From: Wallemia ichthyophaga EXF-994
Taxonomy: Eukaryota; Fungi; Basidiomycota
DNA length: 32,000 nt
Assembly (NCBI RefSeq): GCF_000400465.1
Contig: NW_008806291.1
Span: 103,670-135,669 of the forward strand
Direction of reading: 5' to 3'
The translations under genes and the position numbers were made by a program. Of the stretch, positions 1 to 11,041 are shown piece by piece; within the stretch, counting starts at the first letter, position 1; each line of letters begins with the position of its first letter. Below the pieces are notes generated by a model that saw nothing but the letters and a program-made list of their open reading frames with translations, was not told the origin of the DNA and did not search any database.

Positions 1-2635
1 GGTCTTATTAGATAGTAAATATGACAATTCAATGGAAACTGTCGTGTGTGGGGTTCTATGCGCTATACGGAAAATATTCCTAATTGAAGAATTGGGCTCT
101 TATTGGCCATTCAATTTCCATATACAACTACCTTAAGTGAGAAAATGTTTCGTTTTCCGATTGATCCTGAAGTCATCCTGCTAGCTGCAATTAAGACGCT
201 CGCGCAAAGAAGATGTTGTACTTTTGTAGCTCGAAGGCGATAAAATTGGATTGAGATTGTAATTTATGGGTTTTCGTCACGATAGCACGATTTACACATG
301 TCTTACACTCCTATGAATCTTACTTACTTTTGGCAGGATCACTTAAATTTTGCGCGTCAAACCAGCGACGTGCTACTGATTCATTTTAAGCGGCAATATT
401 TCAGATAAACTAATGACATGCACTTACGGCTGATCTTCGAAATATCGCTCTACCATCTTTCTATCATGACTTAGCACTTACTAAGCAAACACGCCTATCG
501 TATAAACCTGAATTAGCTCTTTAATTATACGTACATTGACGAGTCACCACACTGATATCATTGTTTTAACCATGTTAGTGTACGTCTTTTGGCCGATGGA
601 TAGATACTTAGTTGCGATCCTGAATAGCACAAACTATTTTCTGACTTTTTAGACGAGGTATGGACCAATTAGACGCCTTATCTGTCCAGTTTTATAGCTT
701 CCCTTAATTTAAACGTTACCTAGCGCTCCTGAACGGTAGTATAGTGGGGAAATAGCGTTCCTTATTACTGCATAGTGATCACCGAATCTTTAGAAGACGA
801 ATAGACCATTTCAACTGTTGTAATTGGAGTCTTCAAAGGGTAATACATCTGCTCAATTTGTCACATGCCGGTTTGTTTACATGCTTAGTGTGTTATCGAG
901 CGTGGCGTTGTTTCTCTTTGTGTGACGATTGTTTTAAGCGTTGTTTGCGGATGAGAGCGATTTTGGGAAAGTCTGTATCATCTCGCCCAAAAGCCATCGA
1001 TGAACTGCAATCCTTTGTCTGTGGGCAATCCATGTGACCGTAACAATTCAGATGTAGATCGGCGTTTGATTTGTACACGATTTTCCTTTATTTTTAAGAA
1101 TTATATACACAGTGCCCTAATATTCTCCTACTTTTCGGTTTTCCGTAGCCTGCAGTGATAAGGGTTTTTTCTAATAAAGTTTTAGTTGTATTGTTCACCG
1201 TGCATTCCTCTGTACACACATCTTACAATTCAAAGTATTTTCTGGGCGCAGTCAATTCATCCTTTCCATTATTTCAGACGATGGAGACCTGTCACTTAAA
1301 AGCAATAAGTTGGGGCCATTGGGATATTGCGTTTATTACGGGATTAATAGTACAGGAAATTAGTATGTGATTAAAGAATTCGATTGACTCATTAGCTTAA
1401 CAACCAGGACGAGCACATCGAATTTGCTGATATCACATGGAGCGCGAGCTCTCATTTGTTCTGACTTTTTGTTATACAATAGGCTGTATTTGGCGAACCT
1501 AAATTGGTTTAAGCGAATTCAACAACCTTCACGTTACAAATGAATGTGCTGCACGAACGAGAAATCATTTATGGCAGAATAAAAGGTTGCTAGAAACGTG
1601 ATTTGCATGTCCGGGAAGTAAACATGTTGTTGTGCCAAGATATAGTGAAATCAGGAGCCTGTGTCTTAAGTTTTGCTTGTAGCAACAATGCAAGCTCCAA
1701 AGCACCCAAAGCCTTAGCTATCCGTTCGAAACAATGGTGAAGCGTGCATGTGAGGCTTTTGAAATATGGTAGTGGTGACATCCAGCGGGTATTGGTTGAA
1801 GTGGCATGAATGGCGGCAACCACTGTGTCGGACAAGACGCCTGAGAGCGGCGACGATGCAGTTAGCCAACTGAAAACTGCTAAAAATTGAGTGGAAGACT
1901 ATTAAACTATCGTAAAGGTGTTAGCCAGTGAGCCTTTGTTCGTGCAGAGCTAATGGCGACCGGTCAGTAGAAGACTTGGAAGCCGGACAGTGAGGAATAC
2001 CGCCAGCCTCATGGAGCCTGCTTTTGCATGCAAAGGAGGTCTATTTACCTAAGGTAAGGTGATAGCCAATCGCCTCCGGCCGATGTAGCGTCAATGGCGA
2101 CCAGTAAGTATCCGATAATACACCCGAAAGTGACATGAGAACTAAACAGGTGAGCCGGGAGTGGGTCATAAAGCGACATATGAAGCGTCATACATTGCTT
2201 AATATTGATCCATGTGTCGACGCCGTTGATAAATGAAATTTGGACAACAACAAATATTGTACAAACTCGATAAGGGGCCTAAGCAGCTTGAAATCCTAAC
2301 GTTTATTGCGATCAACGTTACGAACTGCGTGTTATTCATGCAACGAGTGATTTTCTCAGCTGATTGAAGAGGCACAAGAACACCGATTAAGACAATTTTA
2401 ACGTTCTTAAAGAGTTTGCTACAATTACTTGAAGCCATTGGGCAGCGTTTACAGTTGATTTCAATAACACGCTCACTCCCTCTAACCAAAACCACAATTA
2501 TCTCAACATGATACAGAAATACTGCAGTAAAGAGAGAATAGAGAGTGTTGTAGTTAGTGGTGATAGGCGTGTGGGTCTAGTGTACTTCAATTGTATACAC
2601 ACTCTCTAACAAAAACCTCCAACAGCTACTTGGTA

Positions 2636-3242
2636 ATGTGGCCGTTCACTACGAATAACAGCGAGCCTCAAAAGGGATGTCCATACAGCGAAGGTCAAGC
2701 AGACACCAGCAATCCAATTTTAAACAAAGAAGTCAGTAGCATACCCAAATCGTCAGGTAGTAATGATAATTGGGTGTATCCATCACAACTACAATTTTTT
2801 GAAGCTATGAATCGAAAGGGCCATAAGCCGAATCCAAAGGATATGAACACAATTGTTCCCATTCATAATGCCGTTAACGAAAGAGCTTGGATGGAGATAA
2901 AGAAATGGGAAGATGGTAAAAGCGACTGTAAAGTTTATTTGCACAGCTTTAAGGGTCGCCCAAACGATAGATCGCCGAAAGCCTGGCTTAAGACTGCTTT
3001 AGGGTACTTGAATTGCTTTTACTCACTCAGATATGACTAACGTTTCTCGCAGATACATGCCTCCTTTTGACAGACACGATTGGATCATAGATCGCTGCGG
3101 ACAGCGTGTACGATACGTTATTGATTTTTACGCAGGTTCTAACAAGCTGGGCCTTGATACACCGTCATTCTACTTGGACGTAAGACCAGCTATAGATGAT
3201 CTTGATAGTATTACAATGCGTTTGTCGAGATTTATCATGTAA
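2636..3242 (+). CDS. CYT2: Holocytochrome c/c1 synthase (heme lyase), CYT2/CC1HL-like, 185 aa, 1 intron (3004-3052)
   Basis: ATG at 2636. CP heme motif (GCPY), then [26 protein letters not shown] and [12 protein letters not shown]. The spliced join gives [11 protein letters not shown]...VRYVIDFY. The intron has GTACTT, a GACTAAC branch site and a CAG acceptor. CYT2 rather than CYC3 is inferred from the [11 protein letters not shown] motif. Confidence 0.9.
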
Positions 3243-3257
3243 GAAATTTATGCAAAG

Positions 3258-4943
3258 TTACTTTTTGATTCGTACATTTTCCGGTGGTTGTGTGATGTAT
3301 CTTGCGATAACGTTTGGAATACTGAAGCCTGATTGCTTGGCGAGATGAAGATAAAGCGAAATATTGTAGTGGAGTAAAGGATAATGCGCTAGACTTGCTG
3401 CCCTGGATGTATAAATATATCTGTCGATTCCGCTTGCAAAGAGATCCTTATGAAGATTTTTGCTAGTTTCTTCACCATCATTGAAACTAGCTGCTGATAA
3501 TGCATTGATTAAGCTGAAAATAGATGTCAAATATCCTATAGCTTCATACTCGACCCCTGCTGTCATTCCTCCTGGTACTCTGAATCGGAGGCGTTCAACT
3601 TGCCTCATATCAACAGAGGGATAATACCAAATGCCATTATTCTTATGGCCAAAACACCTGTCATCATTTGAATTAGTGTAAGTTGATAAGTTGAAGAAGA
3701 CGAACCAGAAGAAGTCTCTCTGAACTTCATACATCTCACTAAGAAACAATTTGTAAACGCGAGGTCTTTTAGCAATTTTGATAAACTCATGCTGGCTTTC
3801 TAGTGCTTGGTTAATAGGATTATGTATTAGCTGCCGCACCATATCCCCGGCACTTGTGAACGGGGTTGGTACCTTTAGTGGCTGTATTTGAGCAGAGTCT
3901 GTTGATCCGTTAACGTTACTCAGATAGCTCTGAGTTGTTGGAGACTTTATTAGCTGATCACTTGACGACTTTTCACCAAAGATTTCGAATATGAGACTTA
4001 TCAATTCCATCATCAACTGCCGGGTTGGTAAACTTCCAGGCTTCTTGTCTGTGAACAACAAGTCAACCAAGGATTTGTATGGCTCTGGAGCCTTGGAAGA
4101 CAAAGCGTGTAATCCAATCTTGAGACTGGTTAGTTACAACCTCTTGCATTAAATATGGACTTACCTCTGAAGTTGAAAGGCCTTTGAAACATCGCATAAG
4201 TTCGTGCAATATCTGATCATCGTGTTGCTCTTCCCTGGTTGCTATAATGAGACACATTGATAGTCTCAAGATAAAGACATACCTCCATTCCACTTTGAGT
4301 ATTTCACTGAGGCTACTGCAAAGACCTTCGTATCCACCAGCATCGAAGAAATCGTACAACCATCCTGATGATTCTGCGCGAATAAGTTGTCTCAAGCGCT
4401 TAACTTTATCAATGGATAGAGTTGTGCTGTGTTCTTTCTCGAGCATTTTTGCAAACAAGATAGGGTTGTCAGCTTTTTCAATGTTACCTGATGCGCCAGT
4501 TAGACTATTTGATTGCTTGTTTGACTTTTCGGGAGATCTATCAGCATTTGTACTTTGTCCAGATTTAGGTTTTAGCTTTGATTGGGAAGGTTCGTTAGTT
4601 TTTGTGGTAGGCGCGGCAACCTCGGAAGCCTTCAAAATGTTCTCCTTTTTACGATTGTCCATTGCGCGTAACTGATGCCTAACGGGCAGTGGTATATCAC
4701 GAAGTTCAAGCATTCTTTCGAAAGCTTTGCAGAATTCGTCATTGTTATTTTCATCTTGCTGCTTCTTTTTAGAGTCTTTGAGGGAAGTTAGGATGTTTAT
4801 AAAGAAGGATATAACTTACTGAACCAAATACCGAAAGTTGACTTCTTTGGGGATTCTTGGGAATCTTGTTCGTCAATCATCCTATTATGCATAGATATCT
4901 CATTAGAGAAGCCTAAAGGCGGTGTTTTAGGTGTTTTCTTCAT
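3258..4943 (-). CDS. Rho GTPase-binding/formin homology 3 (GBD/FH3) domain protein without FH2, Rid1-like; 3 introns
   Basis: ATG at 4943. Introns at 4776-4819, 4235-4282 and a 46-nt intron after ...LSTSE join ORFs 4063-4713 and 3258-4103. The segment LRQLIRAESSGWLYDFFDAGGYEGL...WREEQHDDQILHELMRCFKGL resembles the Drf_GBD domain of fungal Rid1-type proteins. Confidence 0.7.
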
Positions 4944-5223
4944 AGTCTGAGTTCAAGATAGTCAGATGACCGATTTTGATAAAACTCGCGTAATCTCTTG
5001 ACGAAATAGGAAGTAAGTAACAAATAATACATTAGATCGGAGCTCCACGCATAAATTATAATCTGGATTAAAGGTAATATCACTAGCAGTTGAGCTGCGT
5101 AGTTTGTGACGGGAACACGCTTTAATTATACGTTTAAAGTGAATAAAACGATTTGTATAAAATAAAATTAAGTTACGTATACAACGTCATTTCTGGGTTG
5201 ATACTACTTGGATTTCAACAACT

Positions 5224-6297
5224 ATGTCATCGGATTTAGGTTAGGAATATATCACATGTTTCAACAGCACTAACGGACCACAAGTCACGCGCTTCGTTAC
5301 ACCAACTATTGCCATATTTAGTAGACCATTTTTACGCTTTCCAGGTGTCCCGATCGGATCAAGATCGACAGCTATCAAGCTAGAACAAGGTGACAATAAG
5401 GATAAAGTCTGGGTGTTAGCTAGCTCTCAGTGTGATGACCAAGTTATCGAGAACATTAACAAGTTAGGACAGGTCAAGTCCGTTTGAATTATTTTAATCT
5501 CGTTATACTAACATTCTATAAAAGATACCTCGTTGCCCCTGACACAGGTTGGTTTCTTTAATTTAATTATCTTTGCCACTCAAAATGACGTAACCAAGCT
5601 CATTACCTATATTTGAGTTAGTTTGAACGAATAAGATTCCTAGACTCTCTCTAAATATTTCCATAGAGCAGTATATCGACGCATTTCCAGATGCTAAAGT
5701 TATAGGTGTCGATGGCGTTCAGACGAAATTACAAGACGTAAAATTTGATTACATATATGGCAAGAATAGCAGCGAGGAAAAAGTCGGCTATGAGCCCGAA
5801 ATGCAAGCTGTTTGGTTTGATAAATACATCAATCGCGATCTTGCCTTCTTCCATCAACCCACCAAGACACTAGTTCAAGCCGACCTTCTTATGAACTTGC
5901 CAGCCAATGAACAAGTAAGTCCTTCCGGCTAAGGCCAAATGTTAGACTCGCCAACTCATTAATGTGAAAAGTACTCAAAAAGCGATGCATCATCAGTACC
6001 TTGGTTTCCATTTGTCGGAAATATCAGGCCTGGTACACTTACACATCGTATAGCAGCAATGGCAATGTCAAAAAATGAAGCGTAAGTTTTGAAATGTGCA
6101 AAGAAGCTAGCTGATTACCTCGCACAGTGAAATCAAACAAGTCTACGATTGGGATTTTAATAGGATAATACCATGTCATGGTGTAAGTCAACAGCAATAA
6201 CTGAATAACACAACTTAATTGCGTTAAGGATGTTATCGAGAATGATGGAAAGAAGGCTTGGTATCAAGTTTTTGAGAAATACCTTCCAAAGTCTTGA
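5224..6297 (+). CDS. DUF4336-family (metallo-beta-lactamase-like) protein; 7 introns
   Basis: Absent from the ORF track because the exons are short. Manual splicing gives MSSDLVTRFVTPTIAIFSRPFLRF...PIGSRSTAIKL...KYLVAPDTAHYLYLKQYIDAFPDAKVIG...FFHQPTKTLVQADLLMNLP...DWDFNRIIPCHGDVIE..., with a TGA stop at 6295-6297. Confidence 0.8.
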
Positions 6298-6336
6298 ACA
6301 TAAGATAAAATATGTATGTCTAATAATATTATTAAA

Positions 6337-6879
6337 TTATTCAATTGGAGCTTTCCAGTCATGATTCCAAACTACATTTCGTGGTGTTTCTGTTGGTGCC
6401 CTTAAATCTCTTGGAAACAAGCCAGGTATGCGCATTGTCTGGGCTTTTTTCTTACCAACCTTTGCAGTGCTGATCTTTTGAGGTCGAGCAACAGCTTTTT
6501 CCCATAATTCAAAGTGAGTGTCTTCGAGTCGGCTCAAAGCTTCTCTCAACCTAAGATCACGGTTTTCAAGATCTTTAGTGCGAGCGTCTTGCTCAGCTCT
6601 TTGTAAAACATTAAACGCTCTCGTAATAGTATCATGTACTTCTTCACCTGGGAAGACAGCGTCTACAGACTTTTGAACATCATCTCTATGAGGAATTGAA
6701 GGACTCGTTCTGTTTGTTGGAGGTTGAGGAACATTTATGGGATAAAGCATTTGTAGAAGCTGTTCAGACTTATTGTCTGTGATGAGTTCATTATTCCCCT
6801 TGAAACCAGAAGGCGGGCCAGAAGCATATGCTCTTGTTGAAATGATTCTACTGGATGTTTTGAATGAATTTAAGAGCAT
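6337..6879 (-). CDS. Mitochondrial large ribosomal subunit protein mL40 (yeast MRPL28 family), intronless, 180 aa
   Basis: N-terminus resembles a mitochondrial presequence (MLLNSFKTSSRIISTRAYAS). It is followed by ITRAFNVLQRAEQDAR...LREALSRL and the C-terminal LFPRDLRAPTETP pattern typical of MRP-L28. Confidence 0.7.
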   Translation of the reverse strand: MLLNSFKTSSRIISTRAYASGPPSGFKGNNELITDNKSEQLLQMLYPINVPQPPTNRTSPSIPHRDDVQKSVDAVFPGEEVHDTITRAFNVLQRAEQDARTKDLENRDLRLREALSRLEDTHFELWEKAVARPQKISTAKVGKKKAQTMRIPGLFPRDLRAPTETPRNVVWNHDWKAPIE

Positions 6880-6949
6880 CGCTTGATTTTTAAATTTTAA
6901 ATTTACTTGAAATCGTTGTCACGGTTCAAATCGCACTTTACCAAACGAT

Positions 6950-8948
6950 ATGGACGGCTTATACAATCTAAGCGAATGGCAGAACGTTCATAACGAAAAT
7001 TTCAGCGATAGGAATGAAGCCATAGAGAAGGAATTAGACTATGAGGTTGATAGGGATATTGATAACAACAATGAATCTAGCAGGGATTATTAGTAGGTGT
7101 GAAATTATAAACGTACTTGAGCTTATTTACATCAATAGCTCAATCTTGAATGTTCCACGCTCTGCGTCTAACGATTTGATTAAAGATCGCTACAAGCAGT
7201 TGGCAATCATCTTCCACCCAGATAAACAGCGCACCGATCAACAGAAAGAATCAGCTGCTGCTCAATTCTCTCATATTAAACAAGCTTATGAAGGTTCGTT
7301 ACTCTTCCAATTGTCAATTTCAGCCTAACAGCAACTCTAGTCTTGTCAGATCCGTACAAAAGGATGGCCTACGATACATTGGGTGAAGAAGGTCTTAGAA
7401 ATGACTTACAAGTGGGCCAAAGGTTGAGAACTCCAGAAGAGGTGAGCTTATTCACTCTCCTCGTATCGAAACTCACCTGGTCCAGATGAGAGAAGAATTT
7501 GAACGCAGACAAAGAGTCAATGAATTAGAATCATTGGAATCAGTCCTACGCAGTAAAGGAGATGTCAGTGTTCATTTAGACGCGACATCAGCTGTATCAG
7601 ATGCTATTGGTATACCTAATTCCCCTCAGAGGAATATGCTAGGAAATCCCGTATTGGAAAAAACTGGTTTGACCAACTCATTAGCCGGTATAGCTGTACG
7701 TAGACTAGTAATGCAGCATTCGTTTGAGGTTAGTCTTCTCATTCTATCTATATGTCTCAACTCATTTTTTATATATAGTGCCCAATAACCAGACAAACTC
7801 AAATTGTCGTACTCGGTCAAATGGTTAGCAAGGGTAACACAGGTGGCGGTAATGTTATGGGTACAATTCGCCATTTTTATAGCCCAAAGTTAACATTCAA
7901 CATCACACAAACGTTTCTCAAACCTCAATTTACACAAATTGCAGCTATTTATGACATAGATGATGAAACTAACCTACAAATTACTTCAATGCATCCAGAT
8001 CCTAAGCTTTTTCCACAAATAAATTTAACATTGAGTAGGAGAGTGTATGAAACAGTTCAAGCTTTCTTTTCATTAAGACTACCTTCACCTATGGGTCCAT
8101 CAAGCCTAAGCGTCGGTGCAAATGGTATCACACCAGGAAGGTCATCATCCAGTTGGAATACTTCAGTTGTTTTTGGTCCGGTAGAGAACGGTTTTGGTGT
8201 CGAGTGGGGTAGACGTGTGTTGGATAATACGATAAGATTTAGATTGGGTACGAGTCTAAGCTTACAAGGTATATTCAACTCATTTGCATGGGCTGAACGC
8301 AAAATTACTAGAGCTACCACCATTGGTTTCGGTGTAACGTGTAGTTTACCTGGCGGGGTTATAGCTAGATTTAGATGGTCGCGACTTGGTCAAAGAATTA
8401 CTATACCAATTCTATTGTCTCGTGATTTGGACTTAGCCGTCGCTGGTTTAGCAGCAACTTTGCCCTCAATTTCAATGATAGTGGTACATTACACATACTT
8501 AGCCCCACGTAACAAAAAGCTGAAAGCTAACAAGCTCAAGAAATTACGCCAAGATTATAAAGAAAAGACAGAAGAAAAGAGATCAGAGGCGAATGAAGCT
8601 GTATCAATTTTGAAAAGTTACTCAGACAGGAAGGAAGCGGAGGAGATCAAGAATTCTGGTTTAATTATAACAGAGGCAACTTATGGTTCATGCGAAGATA
8701 TTGGCAGTACTGATCAGGAACGAATAGATGTTAAAATTCCCCTGACTTCATTAATAAATGATAGTCAACTATATATACCAAAAGGAACATCTAAATCTGG
8801 CTTGATTGGCTTTTACGATCCTTGTCTTGGAGAGAAGAAGAATTTAATCGTAACGTATCAATATCAACTGCGTCAGCATCAAGTGGTCGTTAAGGATAAA
8901 GAGGAGATTGCTTTACCACAGCGTGATCATCTCGTTTTTGTGGAATGA
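6950..8948 (+). CDS. DNAJC11: DnaJ homolog subfamily C member 11-like protein (J domain plus C-terminal DUF3395); 4 introns
   Basis: The spliced J domain reads DYYSILNVPRSAS...HPDK...AYEVLSDPYKRMAYD. The C-terminus has LIITEATYG...IDVKIPL...SKSGLIGFYDPCLGEKKNLIVTYQY. Confidence 0.88.
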
Positions 8949-8959
8949 AAATACATAAA

Positions 8960-10404
8960 TTAGTTGATTTCGCTATCGCTATCTTTACTAAAGTTTACTT
9001 TCTTCTTTTTTCTACTCGAGCGTGTCGATCTTCTTGTCTGAGGCGGTGGTAATTGTGGCGGTGGTAGCGGAGGTGGTGGAGATAGTGACGACTCTCTCGA
9101 CTGTGCTGATTCAGAAGGGGACTTTTCTTCTTTGGCAGTCTCCGCCAAACGTTTGGAGGGTACCTTAATTTGTTTATCAGGACTAATAATGGTTGTGACT
9201 ACTCCTGGTACAACGTCAACTTTCTCTTTACTATCCTCAACCTTAATGTTATTAATCTCAGCTGTGCTTTCCTTGTCCTTAGTAGAAGGCGATTGATCTT
9301 TGAATGCTTTCAAATCCGCAGCGAAAAGTACCTATATTTGATCAGAAAAACACCGGCTAGTCTAAATTTTCAAGAAAATAAATAACCTACAGTATGTGCC
9401 CAGCCAGCGTATGGACCCCATAAATCCCTGAACATTTTACCAACAGCAGCGTAAATGGAAGGGTTCATAGGAGTAGATTGAGTAACTTTTCTACCTTTGC
9501 ATAGCTTAACATAAGAGGATTCTAGGAAATTGTAATCTCTTATTGCAATTTGCCAAACGTGAGTATCAACTGGAATGCTATCAAATTGATCTAGTGACAT
9601 CAACGCAACGCAATCAGCAACTTTTGGACCAACACCCATCAAGCGAGTGAGTTGGGGTATAACAACATCGTAAGGATCTTTTCGAAGTTGACATAAGTAA
9701 TCGAAAACGCCTTGATCAGTTTTGTGTTCATCTAATAAAGTCAAAGCAACATGATGAACATATTTTGCTCTATAACCGAAACCTAATTGGCGTAAATCGT
9801 CTTCAACACCATTTTGTGATAATTTAGAAGGAGGTGGAAAGGGATGTCTATTATAAACTTGATCAACATCCTTCAAAGGTTCAGAGAATTTGAATGATAA
9901 CTTATTTATCATTTGACTGTTTTAATTTGTTAATCAGAGCTAAAGAAATGGAGTAAACGGACGAGATACGTGAAATGTTGTTATTTGAAGAGCAAATGAA
10001 ACTGATAAGACATTCCCAAGGGTCTTGTCTAAGAATGAGAATGCCATTGAACTTGTTTGTCGTATTGATGAGATTAAAGTGATTATCTCTAGCAGACCAA
10101 TCTTTATATAAGTGATCCAAATCAATGCCTAATTGAAAGTAATCCTTTATAAAGTCAAGATCTTTATCAAAATCCAATGGAAAAGAAGAAAATTCCAAAG
10201 CATTTGGGATCGACTGTTTAAGTATGATAGTTCTATCGCGTAGTGCTAGACTGAATTCATTTGTTGTTGTGTTATGCATCCACTGTATAACATTGATAAG
10301 AATTTCGACTGTTGAAGACTCTAAAGACACACCCTAAAAGATTGACCACACTTCAATACTATACTGATGTTTATTTTAAAATTGTCTAGCGTCCGCCATT
10401 TCAT
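8960..10404 (-). CDS. OGG1: 8-oxoguanine DNA glycosylase/AP lyase with a low-complexity C-terminal tail; 3 introns
   Basis: LKCGQSFR|W at the N-terminus, [27 protein letters not shown], HhH-GPD motif LMGVGPKVADCV...IPVDTHVWQIA, and GWAHT|VLFAADL after splicing. Confidence 0.95.
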
Positions 10405-10426
10405 GTCTGCGTGTTACTTCTTCACG

Positions 10427-10983
10427 ATGGTACGGTTCAAGGTTAGTTTAGATTAATTGGTTAAATTATGAAGCTAATAATTTTACTGCGTAATAGAATA
10501 GATGGATAATTGCTGAGTTCATCTTTGAAGATAACTTACCTGGCTGTAATCGTACTTCAAAACCAATTTCAACTTCTATAGATTCAAGGCATATATTGCA
10601 ATCTATTAGAAGAAATATTTCCGTTCACTTTGGTGATTTAGGTGCTGCATCTGTTGCAAACTCCTTATCGCGTTAGTTGCAAACACTGTTTTATGCTTTG
10701 TTGACAAGTTATAGTCAAGTATTACTCTGCTAATACACGTCTTGGTATATTTAGAGTCGCAAGGAATTGTAAGGATGTTTTACAAGCAACTCTCACCTTA
10801 ACTACCTCTTTATCTAATCATCCAGTCATTATCAGAGTAATTCACGTCAGTGGTACAATTAGGAAGGTACAAGAAGCCGCTATTAAGTATGATAGGCAGA
10901 TTATACTGAATAGCTTTACTAGTAATGATTTGGATGAAGAAATGCAGTTATCCAAGAATGGTATCATGTCAATTGAATCTTAA
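10427..10983 (+). CDS. POP5: RNase P/MRP subunit Pop5 (Rpp14/Pop5 family); 2 introns
   Basis: Absent from the ORF track. The spliced product is MVRFK|NRWIIAEF...FGDLGAASVANSLSL|KYYSANTRLGIFRVAR...VIHVSGTIRKVQ..., with TAA at 10981-10983. MVRFKNR and SGTIRK are hallmark motifs. Confidence 0.9.
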
Positions 10984-11041
10984 TAGATATATATATATCA
11001 AGTAATAAGGATATTTATACAATTACAAAATTAAACGATAG
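10984..11041. terminator. Probable shared bidirectional 3'-end processing region between POP5 and LUC7, containing an (AT)n run
   Basis: A 58-nt AT-rich spacer between convergent stop codons contains GATATATATATATC, which matches TATATA-type efficiency elements on both strands. Function is inferred. Confidence 0.45.

Noticed and set aside
445-457. 13-mer TCGCTCTACCATC shared with 28088-28100, linking the two gene-poor blocks
   Set aside because: The match does not extend into the flanks, and several 13-mer matches are expected by chance in 32 kb.
737-747. TAGTATAGTGG, resembling a tRNA A-box/D-arm
   Set aside because: No pairing anticodon stem, no T-loop (GTTCRA) and no acceptor stem downstream.
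1590-1835. ORF containing ERIAKALGALELALL, reminiscent of an XRE-type helix-turn-helix
   Set aside because: No ATG at the ORF start, the remainder of the fold is not recognisable, and the match is too short.
1596-1953. Plus-strand frame that looks protein-like but has several stops
   Set aside because: About five stops in 120 codons is what random sequence gives, and no family is recognisable.
4247-4675. Long antisense ORFs (also 23105-23518, 29207-29497, 8057-8323, 26109-range shadows)
   Set aside because: They lie opposite well-supported genes and are explained as codon-bias shadows. They have no motifs.
6923-6932. B-box-like GGTTCAAATC in the mL40/DNAJC11 spacer
   Set aside because: The 70-nt spacer holds no cloverleaf or A-box. 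A lone TFIIIC site cannot be supported from sequence alone.
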